From the NCBI GenBank assembly GCA_028534125.1, contig CM052818.1, forward strand, positions 15,192,001 through 15,256,000: a stretch of DNA of 64,000 nt, read 5' to 3'. The notes below the pieces were generated by a model, which did no database searches, was not told the origin of the DNA, and saw nothing but the letters and a program-made list of their open reading frames with translations. Shown piece after piece: positions 37,880 through 50,606 of this stretch (position 1 is its first letter; each line of letters begins with the position of its first letter). The DNA comes from Lama glama (lineage: Eukaryota). Position numbers and translations under genes: made by a program.

Positions 37880-38940
37880 ACTGTGCTGTATGTTTTTACT
37901 TTACTTCTGTACTTCACTGGAGATTTTCTCAGCCTTATTTTTTATTTCTGTTGTCATGATTTAATATTTGTTGTTCCTTTTTAAACAAATTAAATGACAT
38001 CTGGATTTTTTTCCTAAGAATGTGGCATCTTTTTCTTTTTAAAAGCATTGTTTATAGTTGTTTATTGTTTTGATTGTTGCATTTACTAGCTTTGCTTTCT
38101 CTAAGTTCTCTTGTCCTATTGGTTTATTTTGTTCACTGTCATCCTGTTAGGTGGATTGTTCTGATATCTGGTCACCTGTGGATACTAATTCACACCTAAG
38201 AGTGAGGCACTGCAACGCTCTAGTTTGTTTGTGTGTGCCTGGGGCATACCTGCTGGTCTTCAATGCAGAATAATTGGATAGTGATCCCATTTCATTGGGG
38301 GAACCCCTAATATCAGTATCTATGGGTCTCTTCTCTTGGCCTGATTCGTTTTATTAGCGAGGACCATGTCAATTTTCTGCTTCCCAGTTAGCGTTTTGTG
38401 TGGGGCACAGGGAAGGGGCCAGGGATAGAGGCTGGAGCAGTGTGTGTGTGTATGTGTGTGTGTATGTGTGTGTGGTGGTGCCTTTCAGTGTGTAGATTTT
38501 CCTTTTATGTCCCTCGCTTTTTCATTAAGCACTTCCCAAGCTTTGCCAGCTTCCTCTGACCCGAAATCCTTCATAGTTTAATTCCTTCTAATGGTAAACA
38601 TGCAATCTTCTGTGGGGATACAGAAGGAGATCTGGGGCTTAGTTGCCCCAGATTTTGAACAGATTCTCCTATTTCCAGTCCTACCTCCTACGTTTATCTT
38701 AGAGATGACTGCAGCTCTCAAGCTCTGCATACTTGCATACTTCTGTTTGATATTGCCTATTCCCAGAGAGCGCCTAGCTTTTAGCTTCCTGGGATCTTCT
38801 AGGCCAGTTGCCTCTTATCTGTTTTTTAGTCCTTAAAATTTGTTGTTTTTAATGGGAAAGAGTGGAGATAAATGCAAATACATAGCAGCCTTTGGTGCAA
38901 ATAAATGAATGTATTCAGTCCATGGTGTTCAACTGGAACG
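37880..38940 (-). mobile_element. Ancient L1/HAL1 5'-region fragment
   Basis: T-rich antisense ORF1-like sequence then taagagtgaggcact motif, similar in organisation to 3000-4470. Confidence 0.5.
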
Positions 38941-38960
38941 CCAACATCGTCATTGTAGAA

Positions 38961-39146
38961 TTCTGGTTCACAAAGTGTTCTTAGACCAGCAGCGTCAACA
39001 TCTCCTTAAAATTTGTTCCAAATGCAAACTCTTGAGTTTCTTCCCAGACCTCCTAAATCAGAAAACCTGAGGGTGGGGCTCAGCCATTTGTTATTCCCAG
39101 CCTTCCAGATGATTCTGATGCACACTAACATTTGAGAATCACATTA
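38961..39146. mobile_element. MER5A MITE
   Basis: agaccagcagcgtcaacatc...cccagacctcctaaatcagaaa...gatgattctgatgcacactaacatttgagaatcac. Confidence 0.8.
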
Positions 39147-40134
39147 TAGAAAAAATCAGAACTTTCTAAAAATCAAGACATCCGTCTAAGTAATGCATTA
39201 CAAGAGCTAGTGTTCTTTCCATGTTTGTCTTTTTTTTTTCCATTTCAGGGAAAAATTTTAGTTTTTCAAATGTTTAGTTTCTATGAGCTCATTTCTAAGA
39301 TATCTAAGAACTGAAAGGTCATTTTAATTTGAAATGTAGTATTTGACTTCACACGTTTATTTTTTTATAATGTCTGTTTATTTTACAATATTTCAGTATT
39401 CCCAAAAAGGCTATTTATATTCTTAGAATAATTTTTTACTTCTGTTTTCCTTTATTGCCCTGTATAGCCCTTAAATTGAATTCAAATGCATTTCAGTTAT
39501 TTCTGTCCTAACGTTTTTTGAACATTTTTCATTTTCATAGTCATACATTATAGAACCCTATACCTCATAGAACTCTCATTAAAGTGCCTTGCCTACTCCT
39601 ATTTCCTCTCAACTCATTTTCCAAATATCAATGTCTTCAGTTTTTCCTTCCTCAATTTTAAGCTACTTAAGAAGAGTAAACATTGAGATGACTTTTTTCC
39701 TTTCCAATCTGGAATATTTGTTATTATTTTCAGTGTTACAGAAAATGGGACTGGCTAGAGAACCTCTTCTCTTGCTCATACTTAATGTTTACCTGTCTTT
39801 GTCCTCAGCTGTCAACAGCTTAGGCCAAGGAGCACAAACAACCCTGAGTCTCAGGAATCCACAAGTTGGGTGTGACCTTAGTGATGACAGTAGGCGTATC
39901 AGCGCTTCCTGATGCCACAGCTGGCTTCCAGCACGGAAAAGGGCGAGCACCAGGGAAGAGCTCATAGTGAACTGCTGTAGCGATGGCATTTGTGTAACCC
40001 TATTTGCAGTTTTTTCAAACATATTATAATTTACTTTAGCAATTCTGTGCACGTAGCATCATTGTGTCTTTATCTGTTTTACAGACGAGGAAACAAGCTA
40101 ATTAGGAAACCGGGACAAGGGTTTTACCTCAAGT

Positions 40135-40507
40135 TTTTGCTAGGGCTGCTGTAATTAAACATCACAGACTGGGCAGCTTAAACAACAGGAATTCATTTTC
40201 TTGTAGTTCTGGAGGCTAGAAGTCTAGGACCAGATGTGAGTTCTTCTGAGGCCTCTCTTTTTGGCTTGGAGATACCTGTCTTCTCATTGTGTCTTCAATG
40301 ATCTTGTCTCTCTGTACACATATCCCTGGTTTCTCTCTCTGTGTCCAAACTCCCTCTTATAAAGACATCAGTCAGGTTGGCTTCGGGGCTTCATTTTAAC
40401 TTAATCACCTCTCTAAGGCGCTTTCTCCAAATACAGTCAGATTCTGAGTTTCTGGGAGTTAGAGTTTCAACATAGGAATTTTGGGAAACGCAATTCAGAT
40501 CATAACA
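40135..40507 (-). mobile_element. MaLR LTR (MLT1A/B-like)
   Basis: tttgctagggctgctgtaat...gcttaaacaacaggaattc...gttctggaggctagaagtc...caattcagatcataaca. Confidence 0.8.
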
Positions 40508-41553
40508 GCAATAGAAATCTGTTGTTCTTGAATCATTTTGTTGTTCACCTGAAACTAACAATGTGAATCAACTACACTTCAATGAAAAGTAAGAATTAAG
40601 AAGCATCTGTTATTCTGATGGCAAGTCCAGCTCTTTCTAGTTAACCATGATCGAGGAGAAAGCACAAGATGAAGACAGAGACAGACTGGAGAAGTAGCAA
40701 AATTAGAGTCTGTATCAGGACAAATGCCAATCAAGAGAAGGCTTCAGGCCACTCACCAACTTAACTTCCCCTTGTCTCAGTCTTTCTAAGTTTTTTAAGA
40801 TTTCTAATTTTTTTCCCTCTTCTTTTAAAAAAAAATCTTGTTCTTACCTAGGAGATATTTGTGCCTCCTTTTATCATAATGAAAAGCTCCTAAGGCTGTT
40901 CTCTGACTTAGTTTAGCTTTTGTAAGTACAGGCACAAAGTTACTCCTTCAAACTCAAGCAAATCCTCATGTAACTATTTTTAGGATGTCTGTTTCCAAAA
41001 GCCACATAGAACTTGGGGAAATCTGTGATGATGATGGCTTTCAGGTGCTGGAAAGCCTTGATTTCCACAAAGAACACTTAATCTCCCTGAAGTACTCTCT
41101 GTCCTGCTGTATTGCTAGAAGCTTCAGGCTTTGTGAATTAACATAGTATCAGATTCTCTCTCACTGCAAAAATTCTCGGTCAGTTTTCTTCCTATTTTAG
41201 AATTTTAATAAAATAAGAGTCTTCCCTCACTGAAGACAGTGAGAAATTACCCTTCTTTCCCCCAATGTACATAATAGAATTTGAGAATGACTGAGATTCA
41301 CTAAGCCTTCGCACAAATACCCTTCTGAGTCAAATTTTGCAGAAAGGGACATTTTAAAACTGTGTGTTCTACTTAAAAAGCACAGGTGTACCAAGAGAGT
41401 AGAGTTTAGTCTTTGGGAATATGAACATTTTTGGAAACATTTGTTTTGCATTTTATACACACACACACAGATCTCTTTCCCTTTTCTTAAACATGCATGG
41501 GAATCAGTTGAGGATCAAATTTAACGTGATGCATTAGAGCCAGGTTTTAAATC

Positions 41554-41727
41554 AGATTTTCTGAGAGTGTGGACCTGACCACATCAGAATCCCTTGGTGC
41601 TCGCATGAAAGTCATTTGGAGGGTTTGCCTATATTGGGTGCTCACCCTAGACTTCCTGATTCAAATTCTGGGAATCTGTATTTAACAAGACTCAATACCA
41701 CTTCCACACCCGTGTTAAGAAGTACTG
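41554..41727. mobile_element. MER5-type MITE
   Basis: gtgtggacctgaccacatcagaatccc...tgggaatctgtatttaacaag...gttaagaagtactg. Confidence 0.6.
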
Positions 41728-42236
41728 CTTTAGATGAGAACCTGTTAATATTCATCTTTTTTCTGCTTTTTTTTTCTGGTTCTAAATGAAAATCTGCTTT
41801 TAGTATTGATACATGGATGTAGTAGAACCAATCTAGTCTGTTTTGTATCTCAAGTTTACACCCTGGGCATGCGATTTATGTCTGCTACATATTTGGTAAG
41901 TGCTAGGTGCGTGCATGGGTGTGTGACATGTGTGCCATCCAAGGAATGCGCTGCTTTACTTTAATAGAAGAGACAGATACAATGTTTGAATGAGTCCTTC
42001 TGCCCTTCAGGGTTTACCCCACCTTAGTCTTTTTCTTTTGGGAACCGAATTTTCCTTTGGAAACTAAATTTTCCTTTGGAAACCCCTCTGTGCATAAATA
42101 AAGCAACAGGCTAATGGCGCTTGCAAAGTCTGGATATTTCTAGGGGCCCCTTATGATGGGTAACTCTCCACTTGAGGATTTGCTGATTCAGTAACCATAG
42201 TGGAACGATGTTCTGCTTCCACTCGTACTGTGACTT

Positions 42237-43080
42237 TTTTTTAATTAACTAAAGTCCCTAGTTTAATAGTAGGGTTCACTCTTTGTATTGTACAATATTA
42301 GAGGTTTTGACAAATGCATAACAACATGTATCCACCACTACACTATCATGTAGAGTAGTTTCAGTGCCCTAAAACTCTTCCATGCTCCATCTATTCATCC
42401 CTACTTTCCTCCCCGCACCCCCTGGCAACCACTGCTCTTTTTATTGTCTCTATAGTTTTGCCTTTCCTAGAATGTCATATAGATTTTCCTTTTTTTCAGT
42501 TTTTAACAAATTGAATGAGTCTTTCAATTCTATAGTGCTTTACAGTTTCAAAAGGTTCACTCACATGATTTCATATTATCCCATAATAACCTGTTTTTTC
42601 CCTACCCCTACATTGCCCCTCCCTGCTTTCCTCTCCCCACTGGTAGCCACTAGTTTGTTCCCTATATCTGTGAGTTGACTTTTTTGTTTACTCACTAGTT
42701 GTTTTATTTTTTAGATTCCATATATAAATGATATTGTGCAGTATTTGTCCTTCTCTGTTTGACTTATTTCACTTGGTATAATGCCCTCCAAGTCCATCCA
42801 TGTTGATGCAAATCACAATTTCATTTTTTTAATAGCTGAGTAGTATTGCATTTTATACACACACACACACACACACACATGTACATACATATATATATAC
42901 CACATTGTCTTTATTCATTCACCTGTTGATGGACACTTAAGTTGCTTCCATACCTTGGCAATTGTAAATAATGCTGCTATGAACACTGGGGTGCATGTAT
43001 CGTTTCAAATTAGTATTTTTTTTTTTTGGATATATACCCAGGAGCAGAATTGCTAGGTCATATGGTAGTTCTATTTTTTT
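42237..43080 (-). mobile_element. Truncated L1 (42484-43080) plus adjacent old L1MD-like segment (42243-42482) inside one TSD pair: probable 3' transduction
   Basis: ORF2 C-terminal remnant KIELPYDLAILLLGIYPK; internal T-rich tail 42484-42504; outer T8 tail 42235-42242; exact 12-bp TSD gtactgtgactt at 42225-42236 and 43081-43092. Confidence 0.8.
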
Positions 43081-43868
43081 GTACTGTGACTTCTTCAACC
43101 CCACAATGTATATTGGCATGTACTGGCAATTATATTAACAGATAATTCAGCTATACCTTCTAAAATTATAGACTGTGCCTACTTACAAAAGGCTAATGAC
43201 TTGTGTTCCTGAGGTTTCATTGTTTTTTGGTTTTTATTTTGATTTCTACTCATACAGGGAAGAGCTGAAGCTATTCTTTCTTTCCTGCCTCACAAGTGTT
43301 TAAATGGTCGCAGAAGCTTCTGTATTTCAGGGATTCTAGGGGCACATGGTAAGGGAGCTCTTGGGGAAGATTTAGTTTAGGACCCCTGTTTTAACTGATC
43401 ATTCATTAGACTGATTATCGAAAGAACATGAAAAGTGAACCCAAGGTCTGAGCCTAGATGACTGGGTCATCCTATGAGGGAAGGTGGGTTTTGTCAAGGA
43501 AACAAATGTTTTAGATACCTTGGTTTTGGAGTGCAATCAGCAGAGTAATTACAGAACTATCTCTTGCTATACTCCAGGACATGTGAAGTATGATTCTCAA
43601 GACTTTTTTGCCTCTTGGTTATTCCTCTACCTGAAGCTATTGATTCAAGTCATAGAGGTTCTAGGTTTTCAATTGATCATGAATTCCAAAGGCTGGTTGA
43701 CTAGCTATAAATTGGGGATAAATAGGTCTTGGACACATTTAATTGATCCTGAAAATTACAACAAGTTACTATTCTAAGTTTTTATAGTAAATCACTACAT
43801 GAACACAAATGAGATGAAACAATGTTAGAAAATCAAAGAAGAAAATAAAAAGAAGCATTTCCCAGCTC

Positions 43869-43914
43869 ACTCAAAGATTCAAATAATTGTAACTCAAAGA
43901 TTCAAATAATTGTA
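43869..43914. repeat. Perfect 23-bp tandem duplication
   Basis: actcaaagattcaaataattgta occurs twice head to tail. Confidence 0.95.
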
Positions 43915-44077
43915 GTTTGGCCCCCCTACAGTGAGAAAACAGCAAAGAATATGTAGCTTTTTCCCTTTTCTTTCTAAGACAAACAGAAGATGTTGCTCAA
44001 TTGACAGGTCTTTATTATCTAGAAATATCTGATTACTTTGGGTCAATGCACAGGGTTTAGTCCTACATTATCTAGAT

Positions 44078-44400
44078 CAATGCTGTCCAATAAAACATAC
44101 TGTGAGCTACACGTGTGCTTTAAAAATTTTTAGTAGTCTCATTTAAAAAGTAAAAAGAAACAGGTAAAATTAATGTTAGTTATGTATTTTATTTAATTAA
44201 TCTAATACATCCTAAACATTATCATTTCTATATGTGATCAAATTAAACAATTACTAAGGTATTTTGCATTCTTTTTTCATACTTAATCTTTGAAATCAGA
44301 TATGTATTTTAACACTTAGAGTACATCTCAATTTGGACTTTCCACATTTGAAATTCTCAAGAGCCACATGTGGCAATTGCTGTTATTTTGGACATCTCAG
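44078..44400. mobile_element. MER33 hAT-Charlie MITE
   Basis: caatgctgtccaata...aaaaagtaaaaagaaacaggtaaaattaat...gagccacatgtggc...ttggaca; tctaga on both flanks. Confidence 0.8.
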
Positions 44401-45059
44401 ATCTAGAATAACCATGTATTTTGTGTTAATTGTAAAATATTACTATGTGTTTACAAGACTTCTTGCTATAGTTTGGAAATATATTTTGAGATTTTCGCAG
44501 CTAATATCTCTTTGAAGTTTGCCTAATTAGAAGCATCTAAGCTACAGTGTTTTTACCTTGAGGGTTTTTAGGGATCAAGTCTAAAAGCATTTTCTAAAAT
44601 GGATTTCCTTTGTGGAAGACAGGAAAATCAAAAGTGTTAGAACAAATGGGTTTGTTTTTCTTTTTATTTGACTTTAGAGACAGTAAAGTTTGAATTTTAA
44701 TTTAACATCTACATGGTGTTTTTGTTTTGTTTTTTTTTTCCTTGTGAAACAGAAAAACACTGGTAATCTTTGAAGACCTGGGGAATTACAGCAGGAATTA
44801 CAGCTCCATGTTGGGTATGTTTATATAATTATAACACTTGTTTCAGTGGACTGGGTGGGAACACAACCTCCCAGGGATTTTCTACATCTCTATTTGACAT
44901 GGAAGTAGTTAGATGATTTCCTTGAATAAGTAGTATCAGGACTGGACTGATGGGGCTATTTGGATAGAAACAAGGGACACTTTAAGTTTGGGTGGCAGAC
45001 TGAGTCACAGTCCCATAGGGGTTTCAGTAGATGCCTTCACAACTAGATTGTATTTCTTT

Positions 45060-45310
45060 ATTATTTATATACAAATAATTAAACGATGCTTACAAGCCCC
45101 AGAAGCTGTCCAAGTGCTTAATCAATATTAACTCACTTAATCTGCATGACAACCCTATGACATAGGTACTATTATTATCCCCAGTTTACAGATGACAAAA
45201 CTGTGGCACAGAAGGATTAAGTGCCCAGCCATGGTTTAAGAGTTAGTAAGTCTCAGAGCTGGGCTTCAAACCCAGGCTGTCTGGCTCTACATCCATCCCC
45301 TTCCCTACTC
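45060..45310 (-). mobile_element. MIR SINE
   Basis: aaccctatgacataggtactattattatccccagtttacagatgacaaaactgtggcacaga. Confidence 0.8.
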
Positions 45311-46409
45311 TGCTCCTATCAACCGCGCCAACCAGTAGTCTCTGAGAGCATTATTCCAGACCCTTTGGCAGATGTGTGTGCCCCACTATCCTGAAATTAT
45401 ATGTCACCCTGGGAAAGAGGTCATGGGGATTATATTTTCATCACCCTCTCAGAATGGGATATTGAAGCAGAAATTTTAAATGATCAAAAATAAACATGCC
45501 ACATTTTAAAACGTATCTGATTTCATACCTGCTCCATAAAAATAATTTGTTGACATCAGTCTTTGGCCTCTGGAATCTGTTCTGTTCCTAGACAGACTCT
45601 TCAGTTCTTGGGAACTCTGAGGAAAAGTGGGTACCATGATGCTACAAGATGGGACTGAGGATCTTCTGGGCTCAGGGCAGAGAGGAAGCTCCTCTTTTAT
45701 CAACTCCAGTGTAGCCTAGACTTTAGTGCCAGCTCTCCTGAGCCATTCTCATTAAAGGGTAAAGAGACAAGTCAGGCAGCATCTGAAGGGGAAGCTCCCC
45801 TTATTGAATATATTTTGGGGAGAGCTAAGACTGTCTGCAGTTCAGGATGAGGACGAATGTTGGCTATGGGCTAGCCCAAGAGTGATGGATAAAAGGTTTA
45901 GAAACTTCTGCAACAGTGTCAAAATGTGTAGAAACAATGAAAAAAATTTCCCTTTTGTGTAACTTAAAACTGAAGTCATGCCCAGTCACCCCAGTATTAT
46001 TTTTAACTGTGGACACTGAGCTCAGCGGGTTCTATGGTTACCTAACTGAGAACATGATTTTTCACTTTTCCCTTATTTTGTGTAAGGAACTGGTTGCCCT
46101 CATGCTGAATTATTTCACACAAAGATCCAAATGCAGTGGAGTTTTCACATTTGTTAGGGAGGGCTGCCAGGCACCTTGACCGAGGTGCCCTGCAGTATCA
46201 TGTTTTTCTCTGAAATCTTTCCTAGCGTACAGTCTTATTGGTAGTTTCATGTTTGTTCTTATAGAAAAAGGTGAAAGAACTGTACTGATGGAAACAGTTG
46301 TTTTTAGATACATAAGGAATAATTTATTTCTGGAGTGAACTGCGGGGCCAGGAGTGGCTAAGTTTGAGGGTGGATAGACCAAGCAGGGCACTAACATAAA
46401 TAAACTTGA

Positions 46410-46660
46410 CTAATAGTAACTAACATATTCAGTAGCTCCACATGCCAGGTATCATCCTAGTTTCTTTACACTTCTTATTAAAACTTCACAAAAACTCTGT
46501 CAATTAGATACCATTATCATTTCCTTTTAATGACCAGGAAACCAATGCTCAGAGAAGTTAAATAACTTGCTTAAGGTCACACAGCAAATAATGTCAGAGT
46601 TGGGATTTGAACCCAGGTCTGTTTAACTTTATTTTTCTAACCATTACATTACACTGACAG
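46410..46660 (-). mobile_element. MIR SINE
   Basis: gctcagagaagttaaataacttgcttaaggtcacacagc...gggatttgaacccaggtctg. Confidence 0.8.
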
Positions 46661-46696
46661 GGCAAAGAATTAAGTTCAGTGTAGGAGACAAGAATA

Positions 46697-46698
<2 letters not shown>

Positions 46699-46737
<39 letters not shown>
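46699..46737. repeat. (TG)n microsatellite
   Basis: About 19 perfect TG units. Confidence 0.95.
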
Positions 46738-46739
<2 letters not shown>

Positions 46740-46773
46740 GTGTATTGGGAGAGAGTTGGTCTAGACAGGGTTT

Positions 46774-46979
46774 ACAGGGTTTGGCAAGCTTTTTCAGTGA
46801 AGGATCAGATGGTAAATATTTTAGGCTTTGTGGGTCACAATTGGTCTCTATGGCATAATCTTCTTTCTCTTTCTTTATAATCCTTTAAAAAGGTAAAATA
46901 AATCATTTTAGCTCTTGGTCTGCACAAAAATAGGTCACAGGTGAATTTGGCTTATGGGCTATAATTTGCCAGTCCTTGC
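46774..46979. mobile_element. MER58A-like MITE
   Basis: cagggtttggcaagc...gatggtaaatattttaggctttgtggg...gggctataatttgccagtccttg. Confidence 0.75.
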
Positions 46980-49900
46980 TCTAAAAACTTCTTATATTGA
47001 TGTATACTAATAGCAAGTGTAAGTTTTGAAAGGAGGCTTGAAAACCAGAAATTCTTGTATTTATCTACGGCACCTTCTAACTTCAACCTCTATGTTAGTA
47101 AGGGCAATACTGCAGCATTCTTAGAAACTAGGACTATTTTACTAAACTTGATAAAGTGTAAATAATTCATTTGGTTAAAGGCATATCTTCATACATTTAA
47201 TGTATATATGCATATATACACACATATATGTCTGCATACAAATTGATACATATGAATTGATTTCCTAATCTAATACCCAGTCTATTGTCCTGTAGATTAT
47301 ACTTGGAAAAAACCAAAGTAGCTGTGGAATAAAAATTTGGTTTGTATTATTGGGTTTCAGGGTGGGAGGCACTAAGAAATTACATCCTTATTTTCCTCCT
47401 CCAAGTTTTAAGCCAATCAAGGTAGAAGGGTCTGATGAAGATCAGAATGTTGGCTTTGTTACCAACAGGGCCATGTGAAAGAACATGCTTTAGGTGTGGG
47501 TTTCTAATGAGTGAACTCAGGAATTAGAATCACCCACCTAGTCTTAGGCTGCACTGGGTGGCTGCAGCCTTCTTCTCGCAGGGAAGAGTTTCTCCTGTAT
47601 GTTCAAGGCAGTGTCTTCTCAGTGAGGCAGATTGGGAGGAGAGGAGGGATGAGTTCTACACATCCAGAACCCCCCTGCCCCAAACATGACCATCACCCCA
47701 AGAGAGTCAGAAGCAAGAGGCTTAGCCGAAAATTTCCAGTTAAGCTACTAGCTTTATTATCCAAAGTGGAGACTCCAAATGAAGGAGTTGGTGCTCAAAT
47801 GTGAAAATCACATGGGTAGCAATTTTATCAGCATTTTTATGGATAACTAGGTGACAACCATAGACATCATTGCAGCGTTTTCTTAGCCTAAACAGGCATC
47901 TCTGGTTTGGCCCTTTGTGTGTTTTGTTCTGGTCTGTAACATTAATGTGAGTTCAATGATTTATTGTGCTGCCGAAGGCCTGGAAGTGGTCTGGACTGTG
48001 TCCTCCACTCTGGTGGCAGCGTGTTGCCCGGGGGCAGGGATTCCTGCCACCCGGCCCCACACACCCAAGGGGCCCAATGACAGAGCCACAGTCATTGCTT
48101 TCAGTGTGTTCAATTCCGGTAATCTAGATCAGTAAGCTGGCCGATGGGGACAGAGGCTTATTCGAGTTAGCTTAAATCAAAGCCTCATAAGCAGAAAAGG
48201 GTTCAATCTCCCCAGTGTTCTCTCTTCCTAACAGCAACCTTTGCTTGATACAGAGAAACCACTGCTTTTTCTCCCTTACCATTCCCAGCTCCTTGCCTTT
48301 ATTGGATAATTGGAGTGGGGGTGTGGGTACAGGAGGAGCAGAGCCGTCCTCTCAAGGTCATGAGGTTCTCTTCATTCCTCCCCTCCCCGCCCCCTCTGGT
48401 CTCCCCTTCAGGTTCCTCCCTCCTCCTCCCCAGTCTTCCCCGCTTCTCCCTTCCTTCCACATACCAAATAAGTCCTTACCCTGCCATGCTGCGTGGTGCT
48501 AGGGACAGGGCAGCACACAGTTCAGGTAGAGGGAGCCTACAGACCCACAGGGCAGCCTGGCATCCAAGAGGCAATACCTCAGTTGTAGCTTTTGTCTCCT
48601 TGAAGTTAATTAAGATTTTTGGATGTGTAGAGTTAAATGTTTTCCTTAAATTTTGCCTGGAAACTTAATCCCATATAATATTTTGTCTGATTTGTGAATT
48701 TATTTAAATAGAAAGTATTTAAAAGGCGTAAGATTGCATTTATTTTACATTTAATGAGTTGTGTTCGTTAACCTGTGCTAAATTTTTTGTTTATTTTTTT
48801 AAAGCATGGGAAACAGCAGCATAGGGAACTGCAGGACTGGGGGCACCACTGTGGTGAATAGGTACCAACCAAGCGTCCTCACACGGTAAAGCAGGATCAG
48901 TGCTCCTCAGGAGCCGACGTGTTTTGCTTTCCTGTCAATTTCCTATTGGCCCTGGGTCTATTTTTAGCCTACAAAATGGTAATATTTTTGGTTTTTCTTT
49001 GTGAATGTGGTCAATGAGGAGGAGAACATTTATTTTGCATGGCAGGAAGGCTGTGTAGGAGGCCAGAGGGCCAAAGGTGAGATTGTTCTTACATCACTGA
49101 GTCACTCACCAGAAATGATGGTGGACAGCATGCAGCCGTGCTTCGGCAGGAATCAGGGCACTCTGAGGCTGGGGTCGTCTTAGGTAACACATGGCAGGGA
49201 CACTGAACTAATGATATAGCCCACCTCTGCCATAGGAATACAGTACAGAAGGCTTAGGGAGATTTGAAACTAGGTTTTGCTCAAGGAGTGTGATTTCAGA
49301 AATTCCTTTTTGCCTATTTGGTTGTGAATCACAATAATTACACGTGAAATCATTGCCGGCTAAAGTGTCCCCGCTTGGTTCCCTGAGAGCGGCTTTTCTT
49401 GTTGTCTGCTCTCCTTCCACGTCTTTGAAGAATTACTTGCCGTATGACAGGTCCCATATGATTAACATGGTAGTCTGAGGTTTTTGCTTCTTTCCTCTTT
49501 TCTCTGATATCCCCTTGGAGTTGATTTCCCTTAACTTATAACTTCTGATTTCACCCGAAGGCATAAATGACTCATGGCTGATCACTCTCCCTTCAGTGGA
49601 TTTTTAACCTTTCTTTGCCTAATATATTTATGACAAGGGTCAGAGACACTTCCTTCAAATGCAGCAGGGGGCCTGCCTGATAGTTCTGGGAGTGAAAGGT
49701 CCTCTCTTGCCTTTTAATTTAAGAACGTTGGAGACAAGTCAGCTGTAGAGTGGGGGCTGGAGAACAGAGCCATCTGAGGTTTGGCGTGGTTCCCCAGCAG
49801 GGCTGAAATGATTTAGTAGTTGCACAGATGATGTAAAGTAATAAATAGGCAGGGTCCGAAAGATCAGCGGATGGGTTACACTCATTAGATGTGCAGCCCT

Positions 49901-50451
49901 CCTCCTGGAAATGGGCGTCCTCTCCTCTCCATCCTAATAGAGCGGGTGAGATGTCATCCAGCTGTCGTGTTGAAATATGCCTCTTGGTAACAATTCTAGA
50001 GCAGCAGGATATTTAAACGCCTTGTGTGAGAACAGCTTACTCTTTCTTCTTTCGTACCGTGATTGGGAATAGAGGGTGAGCTGTAAGCAATAAGAAAGAT
50101 GAAGAAGTGACAACTCCCCTGTCACATGTCCCCTTCATGCAGACTCACAAAACGATGCAGCTGTTTTGTGAAGTAGAATTAAATTTCATCAGCCCCAGAA
50201 ATGAAAATGTTATGCATGATGCTGGGTCTAAGCCTGAATAGTTGCTAAAGGCTAGTCAGTCTATAGAAATTTCTCTTTAAACCACTGTGTATCCAACAAT
50301 ATAGTATAGCATATGTGTATTTGTTGTCTATGAAAAAAGACTGTATGATATATTTGTTAAAAGAGGAAAAGGTTAGCAAATGGGGCGCAAATTGTGATTC
50401 TCTTTTGTAAATAGCATACATTAATGTTTAAGTTTAGAAATGTACACATCA

Positions 50452-50606
50452 ACACAGGGAACTATATTCAGTATCTTGTAGTACCTGTAATGAAAGAGAA
50501 TATGAAAAATATATGGATGTATATATGGATGTATATGACTGAGACATTATGCTGTACACCAGAAATTAACACATTATAAACTAACTATACTTCAGTTTAA
50601 AAAAGA
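50452..50606 (+). mobile_element. Short young L1 3' end
   Basis: cacagggaactatattcagtatcttgtag...ctatacttcagtttaaaaaa; degenerate TSD agaaatgtacacatcaa / agaaataaacacgtcaa. Confidence 0.85.
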
